Shown here one piece after another: positions 49,083 to 61,937 of a stretch of DNA of 64,000 bases. Made by a program: the position numbers and the translations under genes. The DNA is from Octopus bimaculoides. Its lineage: Eukaryota. The notes below the pieces were generated by a model, which was not told the DNA's origin, did not search any database, and saw only the letters and a program-made list of their open reading frames with translations. Location of the stretch: the NCBI RefSeq assembly GCF_001194135.2, contig NC_068984.1, positions 120,327,933 through 120,391,932 on the forward strand. Reading direction: 5' to 3'. Every line of letters begins with the position of its first letter. Position 1 is the stretch's first letter.

Positions 49083-51267
49083 ATATATGTGCACACACAC
49101 ACACGCACACACACACATATATACGCACACAGGCACAGACATACATATACATACATATATATGTGCATACATACACACACACACACATACATACACACAT
49201 TCTTATACTGGAACAGTTTTGGTGTGAAATACTTCTATTTATGCTAAAAAAAAAAGAAAGAAATTACAAATTCTTAGGAAGTTTATCTATCTGTAAAATC
49301 TTGGCTCCTGTTATATAATCTTCTGTATATGTTACCATACCCCTCTTCACATCAGATATGAAAATGAGTGTACTTATCAGTACAACTATCCTTTACCATA
49401 TTAACCATATTAATATTGATGTTGGCTATGAACAATTTGGGAACTAATATTAGTCATTAATTTCATTAATATTTTGACATCTGTTTTATTGTGTATAGTT
49501 TGGTTTGGGATAAGCTTCTTAGTATTGCTCTGTTCCTTAATTGTTACCAGTTTGACTATCTAGTTGTCTCTCCCAGATAAAACCTATCTTGTGTTAAAAT
49601 TTTCTGTTGGACTCTCTTTACTCTGGCTGCCTTTCTTTTAGTAAAAGAAACTACTTACAGAAATAAAGTTGTAACAACAACAACAACAATAATAATAATA
49701 ATGATAATAATAATAATAATAATAATAATAAGAGGAATGATTTCAAATTTTGGCACAAGGCCAGCAATTTTGTGTGTGTGTGTGGGGGGGCTAAGTCAAT
49801 TATATTGACCCCAGTGCTCAACTGGTACTTATTTTATCGACCCTTGAAAGAATGAAAAGCAAAGTCGACCTCAGCAGAATTTGAACTCAGAACATAAGGA
49901 TTCAGAAGAAATGCTGCTAAGAATTTTGTGTGATGTACCAACATATGCTCGCTCACTGCCCTCTATAATGATGGTGGTGATGATGATGACGACGATGACG
50001 ATGATGATGATGATGAAGATGATGATGATCCTCAACCCTTTGTTGCGTGTCATTTAATGTATTTGCACTCTGCTGCAAAGTATAATCTGTGACTGCTGGG
50101 TTTGGTAGGTTTCAGTGTTGAGATAGGAAGTGTGGAATATTTAGCTTGAAGCCGAGTGCATAAGAACTAGGATGAACTAGGGTGGGCCTACCAGATAAAT
50201 AAACGGTTGTGTTGAAATTTAGTATAGAGGAGTTTTAACAACTTATTTTCCTGTTCTTTTTACCACGCCTGATTCCTAGCAAATTAAGGGTTGTTAGACT
50301 AAGCTACTTTATTTACACCCAAGCAATGAAGTAGTCATCATTGTTAGTAGTTTTCAAGGCTGAATTAATCCTTTTCTACTCTACCTGAAATGCAGTTGGT
50401 AGGAGCGATGGTGTTATCACCGCTTTGGAATCTCACAGAGAAGAATATGAGATCTCCATTCTTACATATTTGCTTTCAAATTTTGCACAAGTTCAGCACA
50501 TTCGGGGGAGGGGGTGGGAGTTGATTACATCGATTCCAGTTCTCAATTGGTCCTTATTTCATTGACCCCCAAGAGGATGAATGACAAAGTTGACCTTGGT
50601 GAAATTTGAACCCAGAACATAAAGATGGATGAAATGCTGCTGAGCATTTTGCTCAGCATGCTAATAATTCTGCCAGCTTTCCACCCTGCTCTGCTCTTAC
50701 TTACAGTTGTGCTTTTATCTTTTTTTTCTTTTACTTGTTTCAGTCATTGGACTGCAGTCATGCTGGGGCATCACCTTGAAAGGTATTGTTGAGCAAATCA
50801 ACCTCAGTAACTTAATACTTAGTTTATTGAACACTTTTTGCTGAACTGCTAAGTTATGGGGACATAAATAAACCAACACTGGTTGTGAAGTGGTGATGGT
50901 GGACAAACACAAACACTAAGACACACATACACACACACACACACACATAATGGGCTTCTTTCAGACTCCATCTATCAAATCCACGCACAAAGCTTTGATG
51001 TAAATTGATTAGAAAGACAGAATACTTGATAATGATCCTTTTGATCCCTTTCATAGATACAGTATTTCTGTTTCATTGGAGAAAGAAGAAAATGGGATTT
51101 TGTAATGCTTTTGCCTTTCTTAAGAGTAAGCTGTATATAAAAAAAAAAATATAAAACAATTGAAGCTGCTAATACTTCTGATTTGCAACACCTGGTTTAA
51201 CGAAAAATAATTGATTTCATCTCCTATGGAGAACTGATAGTTAAAAGTAGGCTTGGGGAAGACTTAA

Positions 51268-51457
51268 CCCTTTTGCATTTAATCCACCCAAATCCAGCCC
51301 GAGTTTTCTACCTAGTCTATGTTAAAACTGACCAGATCCAATCTCTCACACCTACCTTACAATGTCATTCGAAGCATAGAGAAACACACCATTGAAATCT
51401 TGAAGCTGTGAATAAATAAGCAATGCAATTGACAAAAAAAATCTGAACTCTAAAGGG
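51268..51457. mobile_element. MITE family G
   Basis: TTAA-CCCTTTTGCATT ... AACTCTAAAGGG-TTAA, with TSDs at 51264-51267 and 51458-51461. Confidence 0.85.
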
Positions 51458-53582
51458 TTAATAAATATCATTGCTGAAAATAAGGTGATGTGAATCCAAA
51501 GTCTTAGTTTCCAGTAATGCAACATTAATAATTATTGTTTCTGAAATAAATTCAAGACCAGCAATTTTGAGGGGAGGGGTAAATTTATTACATCAACCCT
51601 GACACTTGACTAGTGTTTTACTTTATTGATCTTGGAGAGAGGAAAGGCAAAATTGACCTCAGCAGGATTTGAACTTGGAATGAAAAGAGTTGTGATTAAT
51701 TTAAATAAAACAAAACATTTTGTCTTATACTTGTACAATTCTGGTAACCCACCACCCTTACCATTGATAATAATTCTTTTTACTACAGGCAAAAAGCCTA
51801 AAATTTTGTGAGAGAGTGTTAGTTGATTCTAGTGTTCAAGTGGTACTTATTTTAATGACCCTGAAAGGGTGAATGAAAGTTGGCCTCTGTAGAATTTGAA
51901 TTCAAAACATAAAAATGGATGAAATGCTGCTAAGCATTTTGTCTGTTATACTAATGATTCTGCCAACTTGCCACCTTAACATTGCTAATAATGAAAATAT
52001 ATAATTATAAAGAATTTCATTGAAATGAAATGGCTAGAACTTAAAATGAAAACAAGATCATTAAAATTCAATTTGATCAGTGATGCTTAATCTACTAACA
52101 CTACTACTAGAATATATTGAATTGATGCAACAGTTCTATATTTAAAAAGGCTAAGTGGGAAGGATATGTGGTAGTCATGCTTTTCTTGCATAATGACATT
52201 AGTAGTGAGAAAAAGGTGAAATGCCTTTCCAACCAGGAATCCAAAATTTTTTTGTGAACTCGATTTGCCATAAGCTTTATCTCTTGCTCTGCAGAACCCT
52301 ATTGATAATACAAATATATTGATTTCAAACCAGCAAGTGTATTGCTATATGGTTGTTCAACATATAGATAGTAACAAAAGCTGTCTCAAATCACTTCTTA
52401 AAAAAAGGAAAGGAAACATGTTAGACAAAGTAGTTGGGCTAACTCAAGGAGAAACAACACAAAGCCAGGCTTTGTGCAAAACTTAGTATAAGTGATAAAA
52501 CCAAGCCCTTTATGTTATTGATTATTTTTCAAGTTGCCTTTGGGCAGGATTTGCAATAGTATTTCAGCAGTACCTGCTACCTTCCTCTATACCAGTGCAT
52601 TAATGTAGCCATGATGCATGTATTCATGCACAGACATAACTGTGTTGTTAAGAGGTTTGTTTCCAAACAATGTGGTTTTAGGTTCAGTCCCACTGTGTGG
52701 TACCTTGGGCAAATCTCTTCTGTTATTGCTTCAGGTTGGCCAAAGCCTTTGAAAGGATTTGGCTGATGAAAAGAGAAAGAAAGGAAAGAAGTTTATCATG
52801 TATGTATGTAGATATGTACAGATGTATGCATGTATGTATTCATGTATGTACCTACATAAGTATGTATGTATGTATGTATCATCATACAAGTGGTGTCTTT
52901 CATTTGCAATCTTTCATGGAAACATGTCTTTCTTTGGAACAAGTGAGGGTCAGTGACTGGAAGGGCATCAGGCTATAAAAAAATCTACCTCTAATTCTGC
53001 CTGACTCTTGCATGCATGGAAAAGTGGTTGTTAAACCATGGATGATGCCAATAATGATACTGTTTTAATTTTTGTGGTATTAGTAATAGACTAATATCCT
53101 ACATTATTTCGTCTGTCTTTACATTCTGAGTTCAAATTCTACCAAGGTTGACTTTGTCTTTTATCCTTTTGGGATAGATAAATTAAGTACCAGTTGCATA
53201 CTGGGGTCAGTCTAATTGACTGGCTCCCTCCCCCAAAATTTTGGGTTTTGTGCTTACAGTAGAAAAGAATATCCTACATTGTTTTATTGTTACCATCTCC
53301 ACCAGAGTTGAAGGGAGTTAGTTGCAAATATATGAGCTATTGAAGTACCTTCTTATACACCATAAGTTCAAATCAAGTGCATGATTTAGTTGTGTTTCTA
53401 AGCAGAGAGCTTCATTTCACAATTTCTTTTCTGCATAGCTGCTGGGAATAGATAACAAATGATCTGGGAATGTTATTTGTAATAGACATAAGCATTCTGT
53501 CCAGAGTAGGTTTATTTCTCATGTATCTCACATCATAAAACAAGAACTGTACCTTTAAAACCACTTTAGAATTGCACATGTA

Positions 53583-53703
53583 CACACACAGAGGAAAAAA
53601 TGTATATATATATATATATATATATATACATTTTTTCCTCTGTGTGTGAATTTTAAAGCCATTTTTGGGTAAAAAAATGTGTGTCTTATAGGCCATCAAA
53701 TAT

Positions 53704-53738
<35 letters not shown>

Positions 53739-53915
53739 NNNNNNNNNNNNNNNNNNNNNNNNNNNNNNNNNNNNNNNNNNNNNNNNNNNNNNNNNNNNNN
53801 NNNNNNNNNNNNNNNNNNNNNNNNNNNNNNGTATATATATATATATATATATATATACCATATTTGATGGCCTATAAGACACACATTTTTTTACCCAAAA
53901 ATGGCTTTAAAATTC
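53583..53915. repeat. two abutting perfect inverted repeats, each centred on (TA)n
   Basis: 53583-53648 is a 66-bp perfect palindrome. 53648-53705 is the exact reverse complement of 53858-53915, around (TA)n plus an N gap. Confidence 0.95.
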
Positions 53916-54382
53916 TCCCTGCGTCCAATGCACTCAATGTGGGCTCAAAACTCGCTCAAAACGGTAGGTATGTTTACAAAACGTGTGCTGCCATCTATTG
54001 GTGTACAATTGCCTACAGTATGTTTATATGTTTGTAGATGCAATTAATTGCTTATAACATAAAGTTATACAGGTAAGTCATCATCATCATCGTTTAACGT
54101 CCGCTTTCCATGCTAGCATGGGTTGGACGATTCGACTGAGGACTGGTGAAACCGGATGGCAACACCAGGCTCCAGTCTGATTTGGCAGAGTTTCTACAGC
54201 TGGATGCCCTTCCTAACGCCAACCACTCAGAGAGTGTAGTGGGTGCTTTTACGTGTCACCCGCACGAAAACGGCCACGGAGGAATTAAAACATTATTTTA
54301 GTGGTAATTTATTTTACAAAAGTATAGCCTAGGTTATGGTGTGGCCTATGCACTTGTGCATCTTATAGGCCATCAATTACAC
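53858..54382. mobile_element. TA-flanked non-autonomous DNA transposon (Tc2/pogo-like TIRs) with a young RTE 3' fragment (54079-54278, - strand) inside
   Basis: TIRs CCATATTTGATGGCCTATAAGACACAC / GTGCATCTTATAGGCCATCAATTACAC match at 21/27 positions, with TA on both sides. Confidence 0.7.
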
Positions 54383-54541
54383 TATATGTGTGTGTGTGTA
54401 TTGACTATATATCATTCAGTGATATTTAATTTGAATCATATTAAAAATTTAGTCTTCCACATTTATTAAGGATTTCAGTGTCTCTTTAGGGTTTTAGTTA
54501 TTGTTGTGGTTGTTGTTTAGTACCAGTTCAGCATTGATTAT

Positions 54542-54757
54542 CCCTTAGCATGTAAGCCAGTCATATCCATCTCAAATATTCTACTCATTTTATCTTCAAA
54601 ATGGCCAGATCTGGCCTCTCACACTTACCATAGAGTGTCGTTCCAAAAATATATAATCACATCAAAATCTCAAAGCGGCAAGATATTTCAGGATTAATTC
54701 AAAGTAATGTTAATGAATAAGATTTACATTTAACAGAATAATCTGAATGCTAAAGGG
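54542..54757. mobile_element. MITE family G
   Basis: CCCTTAGCAT.. / ..AATGCTAAAGGG-TTAA. Confidence 0.8.
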
Positions 54758-55142
54758 TTAAACAGGCCTAGAATCAAAGGTGTTGTGACTGTAAGCCTTC
54801 CCTCTTTCTTTCAGACATAGTGTATGCTGGACTACATTAGCCAATGTGACATTACTTTTACTCATTGATGTGATGTGATTGAATCAGATTTAGTTGTTGT
54901 TTCTTGCAAGTTTAAATGACTGCATGTAACACACCTGTACGCTTGTTCAGTATTGTTGAATATTAAAAAGGATTTCACAACGAATAAGATATAATAAAGT
55001 GTGATTTGATATTTTGAATAACAATGTTTTGTATATTAGAATAGCAAGTTGTTCAATTTTCAACAAAATATATTACTAATATGTGCACACACACACATGT
55101 ATGTTTGTATTTGTATGTATTTATATATGTATTATATATATA

Positions 55143-55175
<33 letters not shown>

Positions 55176-55182
55176 ATGTATG

Positions 55183-55224
<42 letters not shown>

Positions 55225-55305
55225 CATATGTGTATATGTATGTCTATGTGTGTATATATGTATGTGTGTGTGTGTATATGCATATGTGTATGTATGTATA
55301 TGTAG

Positions 55306-55560
55306 CATCATCATCATCATTCCTTAATGTCCTCTTTTCCATGTTTGCATGAGCCAGACAGTGTTCATTGAGGTAGATTTTCTGTGGCTGGGTGCCCTTC
55401 CTGCCACCAACCCTCATCTTTTTCCAAGCAAAGTAATATTTTCCCATGTCTGGACATGTTTTCGCAGAATATTGGAAATTAGTGATACTACTCATGTATG
55501 ACAGCATCACTCGTTTACAAGAATCACGCGATGCCAAGACAAGAGCACACACACATGTTC
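55306..55560 (-). mobile_element. SINE/LINE fragment with a diverged RTE-type tail (further copies at about 32690-32905, 52880-53045, 62820-63100 and 63140-63380)
   Basis: (CAT)n-..TTTCCATGTTTGCATG..GCCCTTCCTGCCACCAACCCTCA..TTCCAAGCAAAGTAATATTT is shared among the copies. Confidence 0.75.
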
Positions 55561-56033
55561 ACATTCAAATGCACACATACACATATATATNNNNNNNNNN
55601 NNNNNNNNNNNNNNNNNNNNNNNNNNNNNNNNNNNNNNNNNNNNNNNNNNNNNNNNNNNNNNNNNNNNNNATATATATATATATATATATATAGGCGCGG
55701 GCATGGCTGTGTGGTTAGGAAGCTTGCTTCCCAGCTGCATGGTTTTGGGTTCAGTCCCACCGCGTGGCACCTTGTTATATATATATATATAACAAGCTTC
55801 TTACATGTATGTGTAAGGTGAACTTCATTCAGTTTCTGTCTACTAAATCTGCTCACAAGACTGGTTGGCCTAGTAAAAGACACTAAGGTGTCACATAGTG
55901 GAACTAAACTTGTAACCATGTGATTTGGAAAGAAGGTTCTTAACTGCACAACTATGCCTGTGCTTATATATGTATAAATATCTGCAGATTGTGTGTGTGC
56001 ATATGTTTATTTATGCATCTATGTATGTTTGTG

Positions 56034-56073
<40 letters not shown>

Positions 56074-56699
56074 TACACACACACACACACACACATTCAC
56101 ACATAGCAAAATTATTGTGCTAAATTTCATTACAAGTTTTTGGATTCAGTGATATTACATTTTAAGATATAACTGTGTGACAATGATAATATAAAAATCA
56201 AAAAAGGAAAAAAATAAAGATTTTAATAAGATTGGAGTTGAGGGGTACTTAGAAGTTATTAGTTATATAGTTTGTTATAGAGAGAAGTGTAATATTGCAT
56301 ATATGAGAAATATATTGAATTTATTTCTCGTAATTTAAACTATATAAAAGCAGCCTACTATAGAAGACTATAGGAAACACAATCTAATTAATCACTTAAA
56401 GCATTTAGATAGATATTATTATTTTTGTTATATAAAATACTATTTTCCCAGTATGGGGAATTTAATTTGTTTCTATCTATTAAAACTATACTAAAATATT
56501 AAAACAGTCAACTATAGGAGAAATAATACAATTTATGTATTACTTGAGGCGTGTATATTAATATTTAAATTTTTGTTACATAAAATACTAATTTCCGAGT
56601 TTCTGTACACACTAATATGAGAGTATGCAAGAAATAATTGGGTAGCGTCTTTATATTGACAACCAGCTGTTCTGAGTGACTTACTGCAGTTTATGCTAA

Positions 56700-56867
56700 T
56701 TATTTTTCTGTGCAAGCAGACTCTCCGCAACCAGCAAGCAGTGTTGGATGCTTGCCTAATCGCTGGAGAAGCTGCCTTCGCTTTCGTTCGTATACATACA
56801 TATATTAAACAGCAACCTAAACAGTGTACAAGTTGTTCACTTTACGGTGTGGACCGTTTATTTACAG
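56700..56867 (+). other. candidate non-coding first or alternative exon (start position uncertain)
   Basis: Local cluster of CpGs in a TE-poor, AT-rich 3 kb zone; donor CAG|GTTAGT at 56867/56868, followed by T-rich intron-like sequence. Confidence 0.4.
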
Positions 56868-59140
56868 GTTAGTTGTTTGACAATTTCATTTATCTTGTTT
56901 TGTTATTCTTTTCCTTTATTTTACGCTGGCTGCTGGTCTTAAAACACTCATGCAATCTCGACATTAAACAAAAAAGCAAACAAGCAAAGAAAGAAATATA
57001 AAACAATAACATATAGTAAATAATAGATTTTTCTTTTCTTCCCCGAAATATCATTGGAAATATTATTTTGAAATTAATCTATGTTGAAGTTAATTTTCAA
57101 ATTTAGATTTCTTTTCCTTTCAAACTATTCAATGATTTGTATACAACTATATCAACTGTTTATAATATGTTTTCCTTCTTCTATTAACAAAGATTTTTAA
57201 AAATGTATATACTATGTTACATATATTTTTGACAATATTTCTTTTATATCAGCCTATTTTTTTTCTCCTTTTGATTTAGTAAAGATAAAAAGATTTTCCA
57301 AAGAATGATATTTTCTCTCTGTATCTCTCAGTAGTTATTAAAAATGTATATTCATTTTTTTATCAATGAACAACTGCCTTGTGTAATAAGATATTTTTAG
57401 TGGTTTTTATTTTAGTATAGTTTCTTTAATGAATGAAACAAAACAAAAACAACTTTTTGATAGCATGTACCTTAGTTATTTACTTCTGTTAAAATAGATC
57501 CTTTTTTTTGTCAGTGTCTTCTATCCATTTATACATTATATCTGTACATGTGTGTGTGTGTGCATGTATGTGATGGGTGGGGCTGTCATTTTTATATAAA
57601 AAAATCGTATTTATTTTCCATCTAAAATATAAATGGGACCCAACATTTTTATGTTAATTCTCTACACTACATGAGATATTTAAGTATTAAACTGTTTTAT
57701 TTAGGTGTAAATATTACTTGAATAGCCTTCTGTCACTTTTGGATTTGTATTTTTCCACTTTTCTTCTACTTCATCCACCACCACTTTTTTGTTCATTTAT
57801 TTAACATATCTTGTTTTCCTGAGATTTATCACATTGTACTTTTTTATTGTATCTTCATTAGTGCAATAATATCAGTATTCAAGTATCCTTTAGATATTTG
57901 TAAATTTTAATTAATGCAATATATCTGAAGAGCTTGCAGTGGCAAAGTCATCTTATGTAAGGACAACTGAGTAACTTTTTCTATGCAATAACCCAAACTA
58001 GGTAGGGATTTCTTTGAGGTTCTCTTCTTTCACTTTTGATTGTTGTGAAACTGCAGTATTGAAGGGAACTATGTAAGCATGCTATTGATAATGTTTTTAT
58101 TCATATGCATTTATACAATGTCATCATCATCTTCTCATCACCTTTTCACACATAGCAATGAAATCTGTTGCTTCCTTCAATAATGTCCAGAAGGCTTCTG
58201 GTTGTAGGTGTCATTTGTTGTCTGAAAATTGCATGTGTGTCAGTAAGTCTGGATTTATTCTCAACAGCCTTCATCTTTTGTAGCATCATTCATTCATCAG
58301 AAGATGCAACTATAAAGGAAAGATCTAGAAGCCTTCAGTGAGCTGTGGAAAGTTGCCTTCATATGCTAACAAGTTGTAGTCAGCATGCTTACAAGAACTC
58401 AGTGACTGCATCATTGTCATTAATTTAACTTTTGTTTCTCAATGTTAGCATGAATTGTACAACAGCAAATCTCCAATCACTGTTCCATTCTATAATGTCT
58501 ATCTAATGGAGTGTTGCAGACAGCTGAGTCATTATGGCATGACTGATTTCTAATTGGCAAGTATGTATAGTTTATATTGTGTCTGCAGTACTATGCTGTG
58601 TTCCTGACTAAAATTCTTTATAAAATCTCACTAGATCTATGATACTATAGAACCCTTGAAGTTCAAAATGTTTCATTAACTTGTAAAGTCTCACTGTTAG
58701 TTTGGAGAGGAAAGTGTTATACTAAATGGATTTATATGAGATACGTTATAGGAACAAATCCTCAATGATCCCTTGTATATATCTAGACACTCTTTTGGTG
58801 TTTTTATAGTTCAGAATATTTTTCTTGTATGAATCCTTTATATGAATATCTTTGAAAAAACCTTTTCAGCTAATTTTAAGCATGTACCAAAACTACAAAT
58901 GTTTGTTAATTTTGGCCACCAATAAAAGGAAAGCAATTCAAAATGATACTGTTTTTTTTTTATTTTATTATGTTGGCCTCTGATATAAAAAGATCTAACT
59001 TACTTAAGCTTCAACTAAACATAGGGTAGAATAATTTACATAAACCACAAATTTGCATTTCTCTTGTGATTCATATTCCTGTTGAAAATGTGTCTTTAAG
59101 TTCTTTCTATTGCTCCCCAATTTATGTACTGCCTCTTTAA

Positions 59141-59778
59141 TCCTTTAACATTTAAACCAGCCATATTAGGCCTGAATATTGTAACTGTTTTATGTTCAGA
59201 CCTGACCAGACAGATCTCGCCTCTTACATGTACCTACAATGTATTTTTAAAAATTCACAATCACATCATCAAAACCTTAAAGCTACGAGATAATGAATGT
59301 TAAATTTATAATTATTTTTTATCTTTTACTCGTTTCAGTCATTGGACTGTGGCCATGCAGGGGCACCGCCTTGAAGAATTTTTAGTTGAATGTATCAACT
59401 GCAGTACTTTCTTTTTGAAAGCCTGTTACTTATTCTATCAGTTTCTTTTGCTGAACTGTTCAGTTATGGGGACGTAAATACACTAGTGTCAGTTGTCCAG
59501 CAGTGGTGGGGACAAACATAGATACAAAGACACACACACATAGACATACATATACATATATATGACAGGCTTCTTTCAGTTTCCATCTACCAAATCCACT
59601 CACAAGGCTTTGGTCAGCTTGTGGCTATAGTAGAAGACACTTGGCCAAGGTGCCACACAGTGGGACCGAACCCCAAATCATGTGATTGAAAAGCAAACTT
59701 CTTACTACACAGCCATGACTGTGCCTTTGTGAATAAATAAGCAATTACATTTGATGAAGTAGTTTGAATGCTAAAGGG
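59141..59778. mobile_element. MITE family G split by a minus-strand SINE A (about 59313-59725)
   Basis: TTAA at 59137-59140 and 59779-59782; the MITE halves are collinear with 54542-54757. Confidence 0.85.
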
Positions 59779-60556
59779 TTAAATGTGAGTTGGAAAATAT
59801 AATTTCATTTTGTTTCCTTTCAGCCTAAACCTCAGTTTAGTTTAGCCCTTTAGCATTCAAACTGACCATATACAGCCTAAGTATTCTACCTGTTTTATGT
59901 TCAAACTAGCCAGATGCAACCTCTCACACCTACCCTACAATGTCCTTCAAAAAAATAAGCAATCACATCATGAATATTGTGTAAAAACCTTCCCCTGAGT
60001 CTAAGCCTAAATGTGGTCTAGAATTCTAATATGGTAATTTTTCTTTTTTGCTTTTTACTACTTTTAAGAAGACATGTTAAGGAAGAACTTTGTATTTTTT
60101 TAATTGTAGGATTTTTCTCATCTGTTCATATTAAGAAATTAAACATTTCAGCATCGATTGAATTATTGTGTGTGTGTGTGGTTAATACTTCACTTAAGTT
60201 TAATTCATGTGTATCATCCTCATATACTTTAGACCTACCAACAGGTGTTGGTAATCACATTAAATATGACTTTTAAGCTTACTGTTACTATTATGATGAT
60301 TATCTCATCCCAACACCTTGTCGTCCCATCTTCATACTGGTTTTCCCATAGTGCTATGTATTTAGTTTGAAGTGTTTATGCTAAGAGGATTACTTATCCA
60401 CTATCAGGACATGTTGAGCTACTTATTTATATAAGTTATTTCAAAGGTATTTTTGAATGGATGTTCACAGGTATAGATTAGGTGTAGCAGTTTTTACCTA
60501 TATTCAGAAGCTATATCGAATGTGAAAATGAAATTCAATGCATCACACAAGTCTCC

Positions 60557-60601
<45 letters not shown>

Positions 60602-60616
60602 ATATATATATATTTG

Positions 60617-60648
<32 letters not shown>

Positions 60649-60720
60649 CATATGTATGTATATATTTGTATACATGTATGTATGTATATATTTATGTATG
60701 TGTGTGTATATATATATGTA

Positions 60721-60763
<43 letters not shown>

Positions 60764-61173
60764 CTATCTGTCTATATATATATGATTTTATTGAACATAT
60801 AATCTATAAATGAGCTCTAGTTTCATGACAAAAAAAGAAAATTAAAATTGAATGTTTAGTTAAGCTGCTCTCATTGCAAATGTATTTAATATTGTAATGA
60901 TCCTATTTCCATTATTATTATTATTATTGTTATCATTTATATTATTATTATTATTAAGTTTGTCAGCTGGCAGATTCATTAGCGCATCAAACAAAATGCT
61001 TAGCATCATTTCTCCGAGCTCTTTATATCATGGGTTCAAATCCTGCTGAGGTCAACTTTACCTTTCATCCTTTTGAGGCCGATGCAATAAAGTACCAGTT
61101 AAGTAATTGGGTCAAAGTAATCAGCTTTCCCCCTCCACTCAAAACTGCTGGCCTTGTACCAAACTTACAAGGG

Positions 61174-61210
<37 letters not shown>

Positions 61211-61211
<1 letters not shown>

Positions 61212-61560
61212 CCCTCCTTTACAAGGCAAAGCAGTTGGTGTTCCTCTGTCTAGTGGCTATGGCGAAAGAAGTTGTGTAGTGGACAAGGCTGAAACGAATG
61301 ATGAAAGATACCTTAGTCTTTGGTCAAGCCCTCATCGACTTTTCAAGTTCCACTTTGAAAGAAAAGTGAGGGTGGAGAGGGAAGTGCTACCTCTCGGTGA
61401 ATTTGTGAGAAGGTGGGTGACTGTGGCAAAAATAGTTAGAATGAATAATGGCCCTACTCTAAGCAAGCACCTGGGAGAGCAACTGATGGGAGAGGGCTCG
61501 TGCCTTTGGTGGTCAGGGTAATCCTGGATCTGTGGGGGTTCCTTGATTAGCTGGAGTTTC
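61211..61560 (+). mobile_element. decayed 3' end of a Tx1/L1-clade LINE ORF2
   Basis: LVFLCLVAMAKEVV*WTRLKR..ALIDF, a frameshift, then FKFHFERKVRVEREVLPLGEFVRRWVTV. This resembles the terminal AKxxIW..F..rW motif of Tx1-type ORF2. Confidence 0.6.
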
Positions 61561-61702
61561 CTCTGTATCAAGAGGACTATATCATTTGTGTTGTCACATA
61601 TTTTGTATACTATGTATACTATACTTTTATTGCATTTCACCACCTTTTCCATTTTTTCTCACCATCCTTTATGTAAATCTCCATACAAATTGTTGGCTTT
61701 AA

Positions 61703-61937
61703 GGCAGCGAGCTGGCAGAAGCATTAGTACACCGGGCGAAATGCTTAGCGGTATTTCATCCGCTGTTATATTCTGAGTTCAAATTCTGCCGAGATCGACT
61801 TTGCCTTTCATCCTTTCGGGGTCGATAAATTAAGTACCAGTTATGCACTGAGGTCGATGTAATCGACTTAATCCCTTTATCTGTCCTTGTCTGATCCTTC
61901 TATGTTTAGCCCCTTGTAGGCAATAAAAAAATAAGAA
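61703..61937 (+). mobile_element. SINE family B, young CpG-rich copy
   Basis: GGCAGCGAGCTGGCAGAAGC..ACCGGGCGAAATGCTTAGCGG..GAGTTCAAATTC..GTCGATGTAATCGAC..AATAAAAAAATAAGAA; closely matches 43670-43910. Confidence 0.9.

Noticed and set aside
50390-50480. Acceptor-like CTGAAATGCAG opening GRSDGVITALESHREEYEISILTYLL
   Set aside because: It runs into a SINE B copy, has no good donor and shows no recognised homology.
57950-58560. Possible decayed DNA-transposase (MULE/hAT-like) coding relic on the minus strand
   Set aside because: Only vague motif resemblance, many stops and no TIRs found. It would need a profile-HMM search.
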